DNA of 64,000 nt from Camelus dromedarius (GCF_036321535.1 NC_087436.1:44022001-44086000); one strand, 5' to 3'; numbered from the stretch's first letter, positions 9,401 to 22,907 are shown. Notes: generated by a model not told the origin, from the sequence alone. Numbers and translations are program-made.

Positions 9401-12359
9401 TGGGTGTGGAAGTTTGTTTTACTGGACCGTGACCTACCTGGGAAATCTTTTATCCTTGCAGTTTCCCCGCTATGGGTCTGGAGTGTCTCCCACACAGTTT
9501 TCGAACTTTGCCCAAAGCCTTGTGAGCGGCTTACCTAGAGCCTCAGGCCAGGAGTCGTCAAATGTGAAGGGGGCACTTCTCTGTGAGGTGTGTGCTTAGG
9601 TTTTGTTTATATTACATCATAAGTGGGAAATAGAGCCAAGGAACTGATTGTGGTTATTTTGAAGAAACAAGAATTTTTTATTTTCTGGTGTCTAGTTTGC
9701 GTTTCAGTCTCCATACTGTCAACATTGTGGGGAAATTAATTAACGGTGCCTTACTGACGTTTTGTTTTGTTTAAAATCAGGTTTTCAGATATTCGGAGAG
9801 GCAGCTGGGGTCCGGAGGAAATGTTAGAAGGATAAGGTTTTTTCAAGGACACTAGCCTTGCTAATCGAAGTGTGCTTCCCAGAACTGTGGTAGATGGGAA
9901 ACGACAGCTACTATGAGAGAGTTTGCGGCACCCTCTTCAAGTTTTCCTTTAAAACAGGTTTTGTCTGCAGTTGGCCTTAAAATCGGATATAAGGCGTGGC
10001 TTAGTAAACACCTGGTCTAGTAGGTAGGATGCTTTAATACTAACCACACATGTCAATTTTTAGCCTGTTTTGATTTACCTAGGAAAATTGTTATATTTTA
10101 GAAAATTGTTATTCATGATAAAATATTCTTTGACCTCATTTTTTTGCTTCCTGAATTCTAGACCGACCCAGGTTTCAGTCTTAGCCCTGCTTCTTAACTA
10201 ATTTTGACCTTATTTGAATCTTAGTAGTTTTTTTGTAATCGAGTGCATGAGGATATATTTGTCCCAATAGTCTTCCATCAGTGAATTCTCGTGGAATGCC
10301 TGAATAACTTCCTGAATAATGGCTGTATTTTCTTTCTCAACTTCAGCCCCTGAAATCAAACAAATATATTTATAAAATAGTCTTTAAAATTCAACTCAAA
10401 ATGTTTAAAAAACTAAGTATTCAGTCTATGGAATACTACTTAGCAACAAAAAGGAACATATTAATACACATACCTTAAATGAATCTGTAGGATATTATAC
10501 TGAATGGATACAATATCACTTCCCCAACCCTCCATTTGGGCATGGGTATCAGTAAAGACAACAGACAAGTGTATTCTGATAAGATTTATGCATTTAACTA
10601 ATCACAGCTAGAGAATTCACTTATATGACAATTGCCCAGGCAGGATACTTGATTTACCAGTAAGAGACACAAATAGATTGTTCACATTAGTGGCCATTTA
10701 CTGTCAGCCTGCTAGAGAGACCCTCCCCCCCACCTTCCAGGTAGCAGGATGTTTCTCTGTCTTCCCCATCCCTTTCAAAGTTCTTTTCTCTATTGTAGTT
10801 TATTCTGAAGTGAAAGAAGTTTTTCTCATAGTTACTTGGAGTTCATCAGGATGCAGTCTGCTCCTTGAACTGTCTTTTGGATTATGTGATTCCAAATTTG
10901 AATCTCTTTTTGCTCAGAACCTCTTCTTTATTGGTTATTAATCACTTTTTGTTGTTTTGATATCAGTTGCTACCATCATGTTGTACTGGGGGCTGGAGGG
11001 TCCCTGCTAAGGGAAGAACTCTGTGCCCTCCATTATCACACTGGACCAAACATAGACCTAAACTTATCTTTTTAATTCATTGGAGCATAGTTTAAATTGC
11101 CAAAATTTATACAGGATATTAGATATGACCACTACAACATGGAGAAAATGAGATAGTAATGAAATTTACCTTATGTGTTTGTTGTCAGTTTAAATGACTA
11201 AGCATTTAGTCAAATGCTTGATGTAATATAAAAGTGTTTATTATAATATAATTCCTATTATATACTATGTATTATGCTATAATTACCTATAATACCATGA
11301 GTGTAATATAATTATTAGCTGTTACTATCCACATACTGAAGAAAATTTTTATCAGCAAGTTTTTCTTTGTAGCTGCATCCTTGGCATCCTGTGATAACTA
11401 GCTTTTTCAAAATTCTACCTCTTAGACCTGCACTCAGGCATACTCCACACAAATTACTTGAAGTCAGGCCCTAAGGCAGTATGGCCAATGTAGAGGAATG
11501 AATTCTGTAAATCTCAGGCCTTGTTTGTCCCATGGTCTGCCTCTTTCCAGGATGATTGAAAGTGAGAATACCCACTGGCTTATGGAGAGACTTCATCCAC
11601 TACCAACTAGAAGTGTTTGTCTTGGGAACCCAAATAGAACAATCTCATCATAACGCAATCATCCAGTATCATTATGGTTCCTAAAGTCTTGTTATTCAGT
11701 ACTAACTGTCTGAAAGACCAACAGTCCAGTCCAAGTTTAACTTAACCCAGCATTGCCTAGTTCTTCTGTATATATTTACTTTCATTATAAAGTGAAAATG
11801 TAGGCGTGTTAAACCTACTTTCAGCTCCTGATTGCTCAATAATGGCTTGAAAAGCTCATATTTTCATAAAAATAAGTCCTAACATTTTGCCAGCATATCA
11901 CAGCTTCTCTTAATACTTAACAAACATTTCTCCAAAAAAAGTCCAAGTGAACTAACTCTGCCTACAGAGAAAACAGACTTTGCATTATCATATAGAGTCA
12001 TGTAGCTCCTCAAAATGACTGTTCTTAAGTATCTTTATTTCTGCAGTGGTCTTTTACTTTCCACTTCCATAGCTAAATAGGTAAATGGACCATTTAAGTG
12101 ATTTTTCAAGAAAAAGGGATGCAAAGATGAGTACTTAAAGATAAAAGGGAAAGTAAAAGGGGAAATTAACTTTTGGCTGATTCAGCAGTGCCCCATTTAT
12201 TCTGGGGTATGTGATGAAATTCATTAGTTGGTTCAGTATCACTGAGTACTATACACACTGAGTGATTTGCTTTCTTCTTTGCTCATCCATCATTTACATT
12301 TCACAAAGAGGGATTAACAAGAACTGTTACGTGATTAATATGAGATGCTTACAGTGAGT

Positions 12360-12950
12360 AGAGTTTGTTTCAGTTCTCTCCTGCCTGTTCAGAAACTGCA
12401 TTAGTAATTTAAGCAGGGAAAATTTAACAGAAGGAATCATTAAGTAGGTAGGTGGTGGTTAATGCTAGAAGGAAACTCGAAGTTCTAATAGATGTAGCTA
12501 CTACAGGAAGCAGCCACCAGCCTGGGACTGAGGAAAAGTGAACAGGGAAGGAATCTAGACATTAAGAGGAAGACCATACAAGGAGATATTCAGACCTCTG
12601 AGAAGACAGTGTGGATTCCACAGAAACATTCTACCCATCCATGTGGTAACAGAAGAAGACGGAAAGCTGTCTCTGCCCATGAACCCACTTCCGTGGACTA
12701 GGGGGCACTCACCACTAAAGTAGGAGGGCTGTGGCCATTGTGGTAAACACTGCCAGGATGCCTTCCTGCTGATCCACTTGCCACTATACGGAGAATAGAA
12801 CAGAAAAAGAGTAAATTACTTCCTCCAGCCTTATAGTGTCCCTCTAGCACCCTAATTGGAAGATACCAAACAGAACCTGCCAGCAAAGGGCAAAGGTAGT
12901 CTGCAAAATCCAATTGTAGAATCAAAAAACAGTGCAAAGAAGGGTAGGAG
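12360..12950. mobile_element. Ancient LTR remnant (family uncertain)
   Basis: GC-richer block with LTR-like phrases (ttagtaatttaagcagggaaaatttaa; cagaacctgccagcaaagggcaaaggtagtctgcaaaatcc). Confidence 0.45.
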
Positions 12951-13727
12951 ATAAAGGAGAGGTTTGTTATTATTGATGTGATCTGGGTTTAGGGGGAAAA
13001 AAAAGAGCCTGTCTTCTTTAGAGTTAAGGAGTTGGAATTTACAACAACCTCAGAGACTTGGAATGCCAGGCCAAGAAGTCAATATAAAAAGTGGTTTTGA
13101 GACAGTGATGCCCTTGAGATTTCTTGCAAAGCAAAAACAAATTCACTTTGGGGGAGGTATAACTTCCATCTAGGTTGCAGATAGATGTAAAACTACACTG
13201 AAAATGAACCTGCAATCACATATTACAAACTACCAGGACACAGGAATAGCAGAGAAAAAAAAAAGAATCTTACAGAATAAATGTAATAAAGCAATCAGAT
13301 AAACACTATAAAATATGTATGTTTAAAACAGTTAATGTCATAAAAAGGCAAGGAAATACAAGATAATAGTTAATTGAAACAACTATTAGAAGTGAAAAAG
13401 ACACTAAAACATTAGTGGAGAAATTTCAGCTTTTAGTTAAGATGTAGAAGAACATGAAAGACAAGTGGTAGCAAGGAAAACCTCAACAAAATTAAACTCC
13501 TGTCTCTGTGATGTCAGCGAGGAGTGAAGAATGAAAGTCTTGAGGAACTAATTTTCAAATAGAAATGAGGCATTCATAAATGAACAGAGAATCTCAGCAA
13601 TTTTCCACTTGGGAGTAGGCACCTGGTCTAAATATGGGTAGATGGAGAATTGGTCTGTCAAAGATGGAGATGAGAAGAAACCAACCAAGGGTGTACTTGT
13701 AGGATGCACAGGAATCTGGAAGAGGAC

Positions 13728-14283
13728 TGTAGTAGATTGAGTTTTTAAAAAATGTTTTCAACAATATCTTCTATCCTATAGAATCTTTTCCTGCAATGTG
13801 ACAGTGACATTCCTTCCATGGAGTGGTAGTGTTCATAGTCCCTGCCTTGAATCTGGTCAAGTTTGTGACAGTGGTGGAAATAATAATATGTGAATTCTGA
13901 GGCTAAGTTATAAAAGGGACTATAGCTTCTTAGCTAGCACTCTGGAAGACATGACTTTGCAAGTCTGACTGCAGTGTAAGGAGTCCAAAGATGCTATGGT
14001 GTGAAGAAAGATCATATGGAGGTGTTCTGGATATCCCAAGCTGAGTTCTCAGCCAACAGTCTGCATCAACCAGCAAGCTTGTGTTTGGAGCCACCTCTAG
14101 AAGATTCCTGCTTCCTGGAGGCAGGCTACCCTCCAGCCTAATTCACATTTTCCCTGAACATAATAAAATGTTTGTTTTCACTTCAAATTTTATTGTTTTG
14201 TTTCTATTTGAATGCCTTTATTTCAAATGTTTGAACTGCTAAATTTGGGATAATGCGTGATGGAGCAATAGGCCACCAGAGTA
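13728..14283 (+). mobile_element. MaLR solo LTR (MLT1G/H-like)
   Basis: Starts tgtagtagattg; contains ccttgaatctgg and ttctgaggctaagttataaaagg; ends ctaaatttgggataatgcgtgatggagcaatagg..., a typical MLT1 3' end. Confidence 0.7.
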
Positions 14284-16043
14284 AGCTCTAGATTTGAAAA
14301 TAAAAGTACCCATTTTGACAGTTCTCCCCTCCCTACATACCAGTTACACCCAAATATTTCCATGAAAGCAGCAGTTGGAGTAAAGGCTGGAAAATAGGTA
14401 TAAAATAGATATCCTCTACATCCTCACAATGCTTGGATTCTGGGCCTTATCAGAGTTGAATCTAAAAATGAGCCAAAATTATCTGAAAGTACCAAACCTT
14501 CTCCCAACTCAAATACTAAAAAAAAAAAAAAAAAAAAAAAAGGCACAAGAGTTAATGTGTTGGGAGTAAGGCTAATTATGAGTGAATTAAAGCTGGAAAA
14601 AAAAAAAAGAAGGAACAACAACAAAAAAAAGTGTGACTCGACTCTGTTCAACGTAACTCTTGGAATAATACGAATAATCATCCTCATCCTAACTGAGGAA
14701 AGGGCTTGTACTCTCTGGGATAATCAAAGCAAAACAAATTATATTTCAGTTTTGTCGTTTTACATAAATATCTTTAAGTTAATTTTTTAATGGACATGAA
14801 AATAAGCAGAAAAGTAGGACCATAATCAAGAAAAATACAGTCAATAAAAGCAGTCCTAGAGATGACTCACTTATTCAACTTGTAGACAGAAACTTTAACA
14901 CAACTATTATAAATATATGAAAGCATGTATAAGAAAGCAAGAATATAGTAGGTAAAAATATGTAGTATTTCAGGAAAGAAAGAAAAACATTAAGAAAATA
15001 AATTTTAGAACAAAAAATTGTATTGAAAAATACAATATCAGAAAAACATTTAAAGTATCAACTGAGCTTAACAGCAAATTTGATAATGTAGAAGAAAGGA
15101 TTAGTGAACTTGAAAACAGTTCTATAGAAATTAATGTGGATTGGAAAAAAAAAGATTGGGGAAAAAAAAATCAGATTCTCAGCAGCCTGTGAGTTAATAT
15201 CAGGTGGTTCAACCATATTTGTGTTTGAGTTCCAAAAGAGGGGAAAAGAGAGAAGTGCTTAAAAAACAGTATTTGAAGAAGAAGTAATAACAAAAAATTA
15301 TTTACATTTGGTGAAAAACATCAAATCACATATCCAAAAGAACTCAATAAACTCTAATCAAGATAAATACAAAGAAACCACATGTAAGCATACTGTGGTC
15401 AAATTGCTGAAAACCAAAGATAAAAAGAAAATCTCAAAACAAAAAGAAAAAAGAAAAAAGCCCAAACCCATGGGGGAGAAAAAAACTCATTACGGGAGAA
15501 CAACAGTAAGAACTCCATCTGACTTCTTATCAGGACAAATGCAAGCCACAATGGAAAATCTTTAAAGAAGTGAAAGAAAAAAAAAAAAAACCTGTCAACT
15601 AGAATTCTATACTTAGGGAACACATCTTTCAAAAATGAAGGCAAAATAAAGACATTTTTCTGATAAACATCAACTGAGAGAATGTTTAATGCAACAGATT
15701 TTTACTACAAAAAGTGCTAAAGGAACTCATCAGGCTGCATGTAAATGATACCAGATGGACACACAGATTTATAAGAAAGAATGAGTAGTGCTAGGAATGT
15801 GGATAATATAAGCCACTATTTTTTCTTTAATATTTTAAAAGGAAAATTAACCTTATAAAACAAAAAGAACAGCAGTGTGTTGTGGGATTTGTAGCATGTA
15901 CAAGTAAAATAAATAACAGCACAAAGGAAGGGAGAGATTAAGTAGAATTATACAGTTGTAAGATTCTTCTATTAGCAGAGAAATGATTTAATATAATTTC
16001 AATTTCTATGGAAAATTAAAGATTCATATAATAATTTCTAAAG

Positions 16044-16257
16044 CAGGATTTCTCAATCTCAACATTATTGACATATTGGGTCTAATAATTCTTTGTCACA
16101 GGGGCCTGCCCTGTGCATTATAGGATGTTTAGCAGGATCATTGGCCTGTACCCACCAGATGAGTCATACCCACATTCCCCAGTGTGACAACCACAAATTT
16201 CTTCAGATATTGCCAATGCCTCTGGGAAACAATATTGCCCCCGATTAAGAACCACTG
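16044..16257 (+). mobile_element. MER20 hAT-Charlie DNA transposon, near full length
   Basis: Imperfect TIRs caggatttctcaa...ttaagaaccactg, internal ccctgtgcattataggatgtttagcag, length 214 bp. Flanks ttctaaag/ccctaggg resemble a decayed 8-bp hAT target site. Confidence 0.88.
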
Positions 16258-16929
16258 CCCTAGGGCAATCGCTAGAAGACACACAATAAGGGAAACACAC
16301 CCACCCACCCACCCACCCAAATACTTAAAGCTATAAACTCAGTAGAAGAAGTAAAAGAAAATATTAAAAGCAAGGAAATAAACAGACGATGAACTCAGTC
16401 CAAAAGAATGCAGTGAATAAGAAAAAAAAGAAGGAAGAATTGGTGGGATAAATGAAAAACAAATTACAAGATTGTAGAACCAACCATATTAATAATTACT
16501 GTAAATGTGCTAAACACATCAATTAAAAGGTAAGAATTTTTTTCTAAACTGGATTAAAAAGTACCACTATATGTTGTTCACAAGAGATGCACTTTTAATA
16601 TGAAAACATAGATTAAAAGTAAGGATAGCATAAGATAACTATACTAATTAGCTGGTATGATTATATTAACATGAGACAAATTGGACGTCAATACAAGGAA
16701 CATTACAAATGTCAAAGAGGGATGTTTTATTATGATAAAGTGGATTAATCAAGAAGACGTAATTCTAACTTGTGCATGTACCTAATACTTGAGTCTGAGA
16801 ATTCAGCTACCATGTTGGAGAAACCATGTAAAGGAGGGCTGAAGTGCGCTGGCCCTTAGCTCCAGCTGAGCTCCCAGCTTGCAGTCAGGACAAATTGCCA
16901 GCTGTTTTATTTTATTTAAAATAGAAATA

Positions 16930-17450
16930 TTTTAAAAAGAGAACTTATGAGCTAATAAAAAATTTTGAGAAAGTCACCCAGGATTTAGTACATAAAGATG
17001 GAAATATGAAATAGAAGTTAATTGATTAGGTTATGGAATGGACAGGTACAATAGGAGTTCCAGCAGGAGAAGCAAGAAAGAATAAGGTTTGGAGATATTC
17101 AAAGATATAATATCTGAAGTATCATTAATGCTGAGATGAGATCCGAATCCTCAGATTTGGAAAATATAATTCCTGAGTGAAACAAATGAAAATAATCCAT
17201 ATCTAGACACATAATATTAAAACTGAAAAACACCTAAGTCATAAAGATCTTAAGAAGAACCCCAAAGAAGAAACATATTACATTTAAAGAAATGATGATT
17301 GTCAAGACTTCTTAATGCAACAATAAAAAAACAGAAGGCCATGGAGTAATATACTCAAAGTGCTGAGAGAAAATAAACCAATATCCAGCTAAAACATTGT
17401 TCAACAGTGAGAGCAAAACAAAGGTATCCGTTATATCTGCTACATAAAAA
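16930..17450 (+). mobile_element. Second L1 ORF1-region fragment
   Basis: A-rich, with L1 ORF1-like phrases (aataggagttccag, atctagacacataatattaaaactgaaaaacacc, ttcttaatgcaacaat...gaaggccatggagtaatatactcaaagtgctgagagaaaa). Confidence 0.65.
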
Positions 17451-18692
17451 GTCACACAACTATGGTGTTTACTGTTGTTCAGATACTGGAATACTTTCAT
17501 ACAGATTGGTAAACAGTTGTTGCCCCAAGCCCTCGGAGTGTTCCTTAGGACCCTCCTTCCCATATTCCTAAAATCTAACAAATTAAAGTTTAATTCCCGG
17601 CACATGGAGAGGCTTCTAGGACCTTATTCCAGCCCTGTGATTGCCATCTATTTTCATTGGTTGGGTCCTGCTTCCCAGGCACTGCCATTGGATATCCAGA
17701 GATCCCAAGGAATTGGCCTCTTCCTTATCTGAGCCTATCATCTAGTTGTGGTTGTGGAGGATGGTCCATGTGGCTACCACCGAAAGTATGTGCAGGTGCC
17801 TGCCACCCTACAGGCTTATAAGCCAGGTTGCTGTGGCTCCCATGTGCTTGCTCCCATTGTACAGTGTTCTCTAGGCCAAAATGGGCCTCTATCCCACTGG
17901 TAGCAGCCCTTGTACCCTGGGGAACCAATGCCCAGTACTAGTCTGGCTCCCTCCACAATGCTGTGGCCATCCGCTGCAGGCTGACACTCCTTTGGATTCA
18001 CCTTCAAATGACCACTTGTGGAAACTGTAATCTCCTTAAGACTTGGAGAAAGCTATGGAGAACAGAGAAATCAGTTAATAGCACTAATGGAGGCCACCTT
18101 TGGTCCTGCTGAGGTGCTGCAAGTTCTTCCAGTACAGAAGACATTCATAGAAGGCACAAGGCCATAGAGGATAAGCAGACCTACGTGGGTGGTTTGGAGC
18201 CAGAGGATCCCCTTTTTATTACCCTATTTATTTTCAGTTTTATTTAATAGGATGACTTTTTAAAAATGATTCTTACACCCTCCATCACAAGCACATGACA
18301 TTTGTTTTTAAATAAAAATGAGAGCTAAATTATATACTGTTTGCTCTCTGTCAGGTATCACTGTAAACATATATTAACACATTTGGGTCATAGAATTATT
18401 ACTATCACTCTCATTTTACAAATGGCAATACCACAACATAAAGAAGGTATTCAAAACTTAAGTTGAAGAGTTGGGATTTGAAGCCAGAAAGCCTAGACAC
18501 AGAGCCGGTCATAATCATTGCAATGCTGTGCTCCTTTCCTTCTGGATTGTAGGAGTAGGTTCAACCTAATTAAGTATGGTAATACAGTAAGAGATAATAG
18601 AGGTAGTAACTATTTAAAAATCTTGGACAGCAATATGAGAATTGGAAAAAAATAATGTAGGTCAATGTTTTAACACTTAAAATTATTAGTAT

Positions 18693-19167
18693 TGTAACCA
18701 CAGAACCAGCTCAAACTGATCCTTCTCTGTCAATAAAAGGATGTCTAGTTGTCTTGCAGATACAGCAGAACCAAAACTGCAAGTCATGTAACCTGGGCGT
18801 GTGCAGAGAAGGAAAATCCTCAAATAACACTGGGAGACCACATTTCTTTCCCTTGGAACCTGAACACTGGGACCCTTTCAGAAATGAGGGGTCTGTGGTC
18901 CAGGAAGATCTGGTGCTCAAATCCACCATTCTATATCTTACTAAAAATGGCCAAGTGTAAAGGAAGCTCTCGAGTCAAAACCTGCCCCTGCCAGTGCTTC
19001 TGCGTACCAGCCTGTCCTCCCTAATTCAAAGTTTGACTGAATCCCAGGTTGGAGACAGATTTGAGCCCTGCCTCCTGTCTTCTTGCTACTCCATCTCACA
19101 ATAAATCTCTAGTTGCACTAGTCTTAGCTTCTATGGTTGTCAGGCAGGGAGCCCTTGCTTGGTAGCA
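18693..19167 (+). mobile_element. ERV1-class (MER4-group-like) solo LTR, 475 bp
   Basis: TG...CA termini (tgtaacc...ggtagca), 4-bp flanks gtat/atat, AATAAA at ~19100 preceded by gagacagatttgag. Confidence 0.75.
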
Positions 19168-19320
19168 ATATTAAGAGAATTTCTTTATGTATTGAAACTG
19201 TAAGTCTCCTAATTACTCTCAATTTAGTGCAGAATTTATTGAAACAGTTTGATATAGTTTCCTATATCAAGTTGTGGCTAAGAGAGGGGCATCATTCAGC
19301 AAGGAACACCTATGTAAAAT

Positions 19321-19326
19321 AAAAAA

Positions 19327-19357
<31 letters not shown>
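19321..19357 (+). repeat. Poly(A) followed by an (AG)n microsatellite
   Basis: A15 followed by about 11 GA units. Confidence 0.95.
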
Positions 19358-19484
19358 AGGAGGGGCCAGCAGTGCAAGGGCCCACCTTCAGAGATTTGAT
19401 TTAACCAATCTAGTCTAAGTACCTAGCATGAGCATTTTTAAAAGGCTAATGTGTTGTCAAGGTTGAGAAATGCAGCTCAGCAGC

Positions 19485-19685
19485 TGAGGTTGGCAAACTA
19501 CAGTCCACAGCTGCCTGTTTTTGTAGATAAAGTTTTATTGGAACATGGCCATTCTCATTTGTTATTTGTTGTGCATGTCTGCTTTTGTGCTACAACACAG
19601 AGTAGTTGCTACAAAGACCATATGGCCCACAGAGCCTAAAATGTTTTCTGTCTGGCCCTTTACAGAAAAAGTTTGCCAATCCTTT
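19485..19685 (+). mobile_element. MER58A-like DNA transposon, adjacent to a MER5-like fragment at ~19365-19480
   Basis: TIRs gaggttggcaaact...agtttgccaatcct and internal MER58A motifs. Confidence 0.85.
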
Positions 19686-19719
19686 CTCTATAGCACTGAA
19701 AGTGAGTGAACTAGGACTA

Positions 19720-20075
19720 CAATATTTAAAAAAATCTCCAATAAAAATTTTTAACGAGAAAAGCAAGATGGCAAATGATATATACAGTGTAATACAATGT
19801 ATATGAAATTCCAAAATATGCAATACTACTTTAAGGTACTAATTTATGTAGTGAATGTTTTTTTAAAAACCACATAGAAATGTTAAGCACAATGTTCAGG
19901 ATAGGAGCTACATCTAGGGAAGAAGGAGGGGAATAAGATTTAGGAAGAAATGGAGAGGAGAGCTAAACCAAATGAAATAAAACAAGACAAAATGGCAAGA
20001 TTGACTAGAGCTGGAGGATAGGTACATATAGGTTTATGTTATTCTCTATACTTTCTAAGTGCTTAAAAATTAAAT
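19720..20075 (+). mobile_element. Old L1 3' end fragment
   Basis: tatatacagtgtaatacaatgtatatgaaatt...ttcaggatag...ggtttatgttattctctatacttt resembles L1ME/L1MC 3' UTR. Confidence 0.6.
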
Positions 20076-22524
20076 GAGTGGTGGGCACTGAGGCTTTTTG
20101 GATTTTACTTGTAATCTATTATAACAAATTATTTTCAGTATATTAACTTGTTTCATTCTCACAATAATCCAGTGAAACAGGTTGTAGTTGTTTGTTTTTA
20201 AATTGAGGTATAGTTGATTTACACAGTGAAGCAAGTTTTAGTGTTAACTCCATGAGAGTAAGAACTATACTTGTATCTGCTCACCACTGGACCACAAGCA
20301 ACTAAAGCAGCTTGGCACTTAGTATATGATCAAGAAATATTTGTTGAGTAAATAAACTAATAAGTAATGAAAGCATTGTAACTGCAGAAGACCAGCCAAG
20401 CAAAGTGGCTTATGCGAAGTAAAACTGTTTATTCGTGGAAGAGCTAGCATTTGAATTCAGGTTACTGACAGCTAATCTAGTGTCATCTATAATAGTCTAA
20501 GTTAGCCTTGTCTCTCCTCCTTTTCTATAATCTGTTATGCCTTTGACCCAATGGCCTTGACAAGAGCTGAACTCATGCTTAACATTTTTCTGCAATTATT
20601 AGAAACACAATCTTGAGAATATTGAGTTAATGATTTTACAGTTTGTGTTGTTGTTTAGTATATATGACAATGGGCATACGGCTTGGTTAACTGTTTCCTA
20701 TGGGATTGACATGTTTTATGAATTATATATCTGGGAATAAGGGCTAGGTTCACTGGTTAAATAGGATGCTGCCTAGAAGGTGGATTGATTTAGTATACAA
20801 ATCCAACACTAATATTATTTTGAATGTAATTGCTTTTGCTAGTCATTTATTGAATGGAAAGAAAGTCTACCCCACCAGCCTCCTCTTTCATGCTGCTGTT
20901 GTAGCATTTTCTTTTTCTTCTAATGTCTTCATTCTGTTGATTATGGATAACGTGGCAACACTGTCAGCCGTCACCATCAATACCAACTCCACCATGAACA
21001 GAAACACAATTGAGTAGCCTTTTAGAATCCTAAAGTAGTTTAAATCACTTATTTCATTCTTCTTTCTCAACAAGGAAATTAGATTTACAGATAAGAAAAC
21101 TGATGTTAAAAGAATTAGGCATCGGCCAAGTTCACAAAACTAACATGTGGCAAAGTTATGATTTAGGCCCAGGTATGACTTCAAAACCATTTTTTCTTTA
21201 TGGTTGCAGGAGGCCAACATCAAGTGGGACTTGGGAAACTAAAGAGCAAGTCTAAAACAGTACTTCTGATCTTAGGAGGTAGGTTAGTTTGTTTATCTTT
21301 CGATTGTTTTTTTAGGCTTTGGATTTGTTATTTTCAGTTTCGAGTACCTAGTGAGCTCTAAAATTGTGTTGAGATCTAAAATCTAGCCAAGGCTGTATTT
21401 TCAGATGAAATTTCTGTGCATATCTTGCACTATACACACTTGCTGATAAATGAGTGTTTTACTCCGCAAGGGACTTTTTTCCAATCTGTGAGCCTATGGT
21501 GGTTTAGATCTATGCCACTAGGATGAGCTTCAAAGCAAATGGCTCAGTGATTGCAGGGAACATCTGTCTGTGCTTGCCAGTTTGTATGTTTTCCCTAGCC
21601 ATATAAATCCTCACTGTGTGGCCAGATTACAGCTATATACAATTCGGAATATTTCGTATGCTATCCCTAAAGACATAATAGACATAAAAGGTATTATTCT
21701 AAAATAGGTCATGACATTAATATACACATGCATTCATGGATCAACAAAACAATATTAATATTCTAAGTGGAATAATAGATAAGGAGATATTGAGTTAATC
21801 TTCTTAAGTTATTTTATATTTGAAATTTACACAATGTGAAATATGAAAGTCAGGGCCTATTCAGATTTTTGTCAGTAGTGGGGGAATTATTTTCAAAGGT
21901 AGATTTTGAATGATCACTGACCCTGTATGAGAGGCTGGGCTTTTCCACGCTTTTCCTTTTACAGCAGGGGGACCATGTTGAGCACCTAATCACTAGCAGA
22001 ACAAAAGATGCAGCATTTTTTCCATAGTCGGGTAGTTTGGTTTACTTCTGTTCTCATTTTTTATGTCTTCTAATTGGTGTAAATACGATTTTTGTGATGG
22101 CATTAAAAGACTTTTAGAACTATTTAGACTGGGGATTAGCAGCCAATTATTTCGTTTCATAGTAAGAAAACCACAACCCACAGAAGTTAAGAAGCAGAAT
22201 TAGGACTAAATCCCAAAGTCCAAATTAAGAGTGTTAACCCTGACCTCCTTGCATAGTTCAGTTGCTAATTCATATTGAAAGTTATTTTGAAATCTTAGAC
22301 TTACCTAATTCTTTTGAAATCCACTGCGAATGCCTCATTCCAAGCATTTACTTGGTATCTAGATATCTACAGGATTTTAAATTGGACTTTGTGCTTCCAG
22401 TGTCTTTTTACTCCAATTCCTTTTGGTTTTGTTTCTGAATTTATTTACCCCCTAGTAGCATCCCAAGTAATCCTTTAAGTTTTTTAAATGATCATGAAAT
22501 ATTTTATCTTTATAAAATTATATT

Positions 22525-22858
22525 ATCTTAGATCAGGAAACACACTCTGAGAGGGCGGTTTATGCCCAGGGAGTTTACTGGAGTATGTTCTTGGATCAAT
22601 GCCTATAAGGGGAGGGAAGAAAAGACTGGGTAGAGGGAGTTGTTGAGCAGCTCTTGGAGGCCAGGCTTTTATACTTTTGTATGTGCTGCTTCTGGAGAAG
22701 GGGAAGACCGTGAGTGAGGTGACTCTCTTTGGTTAAGGGCAGCTCCTAGAGAGAAACTCAGCTGGGCACTATCAGCTGCCATTTTCCCCAAAAACTAGGG
22801 GAATGAGTGCTGAAGGCTGGAACAGAAACCTGAGTTGTGCACCACAGCATCCACTATG
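22525..22858 (-). mobile_element. ERVL solo LTR (LTR16/LTR33-like)
   Basis: aaacacactctgagagggcggtttatgcccagggagtttactggag...gcaccacagcatccacta matches the reverse orientation of the LTR16 group as recalled. Confidence 0.6.
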
Positions 22859-22907
22859 AATATATATAATGTATGAATAAGACATAATAAATATAACAAA
22901 CACTCAT

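Larger units (their letters stand above)
13420..16790 (+). mobile_element. Ancient L1 (L1M-type): 5' region, decayed ORF1 and start of ORF2 endonuclease; interrupted by MLT1 and MER20
   Basis: A-rich plus strand. ORF 15308-15565 contains KHTVVKLLKTKDKKKI, resembling the L1 ORF1p motif RHIIVKLLK.KDKEKIL. Region 16480-16790 resembles the start of ORF2 EN. Many stops and frameshifts. Confidence 0.8.

Noticed and set aside
8420..9432. Several overlapping 60-113 aa Pro/Arg/Gly/Ala-rich ORFs on both strands
   Set aside because: Expected from stop-codon scarcity in a CpG island. The real coding exon is 8777-8859 on the minus strand.
15308..15565. 85-aa Lys-rich ORF
   Set aside because: Decayed L1 ORF1 fragment, not a host gene.
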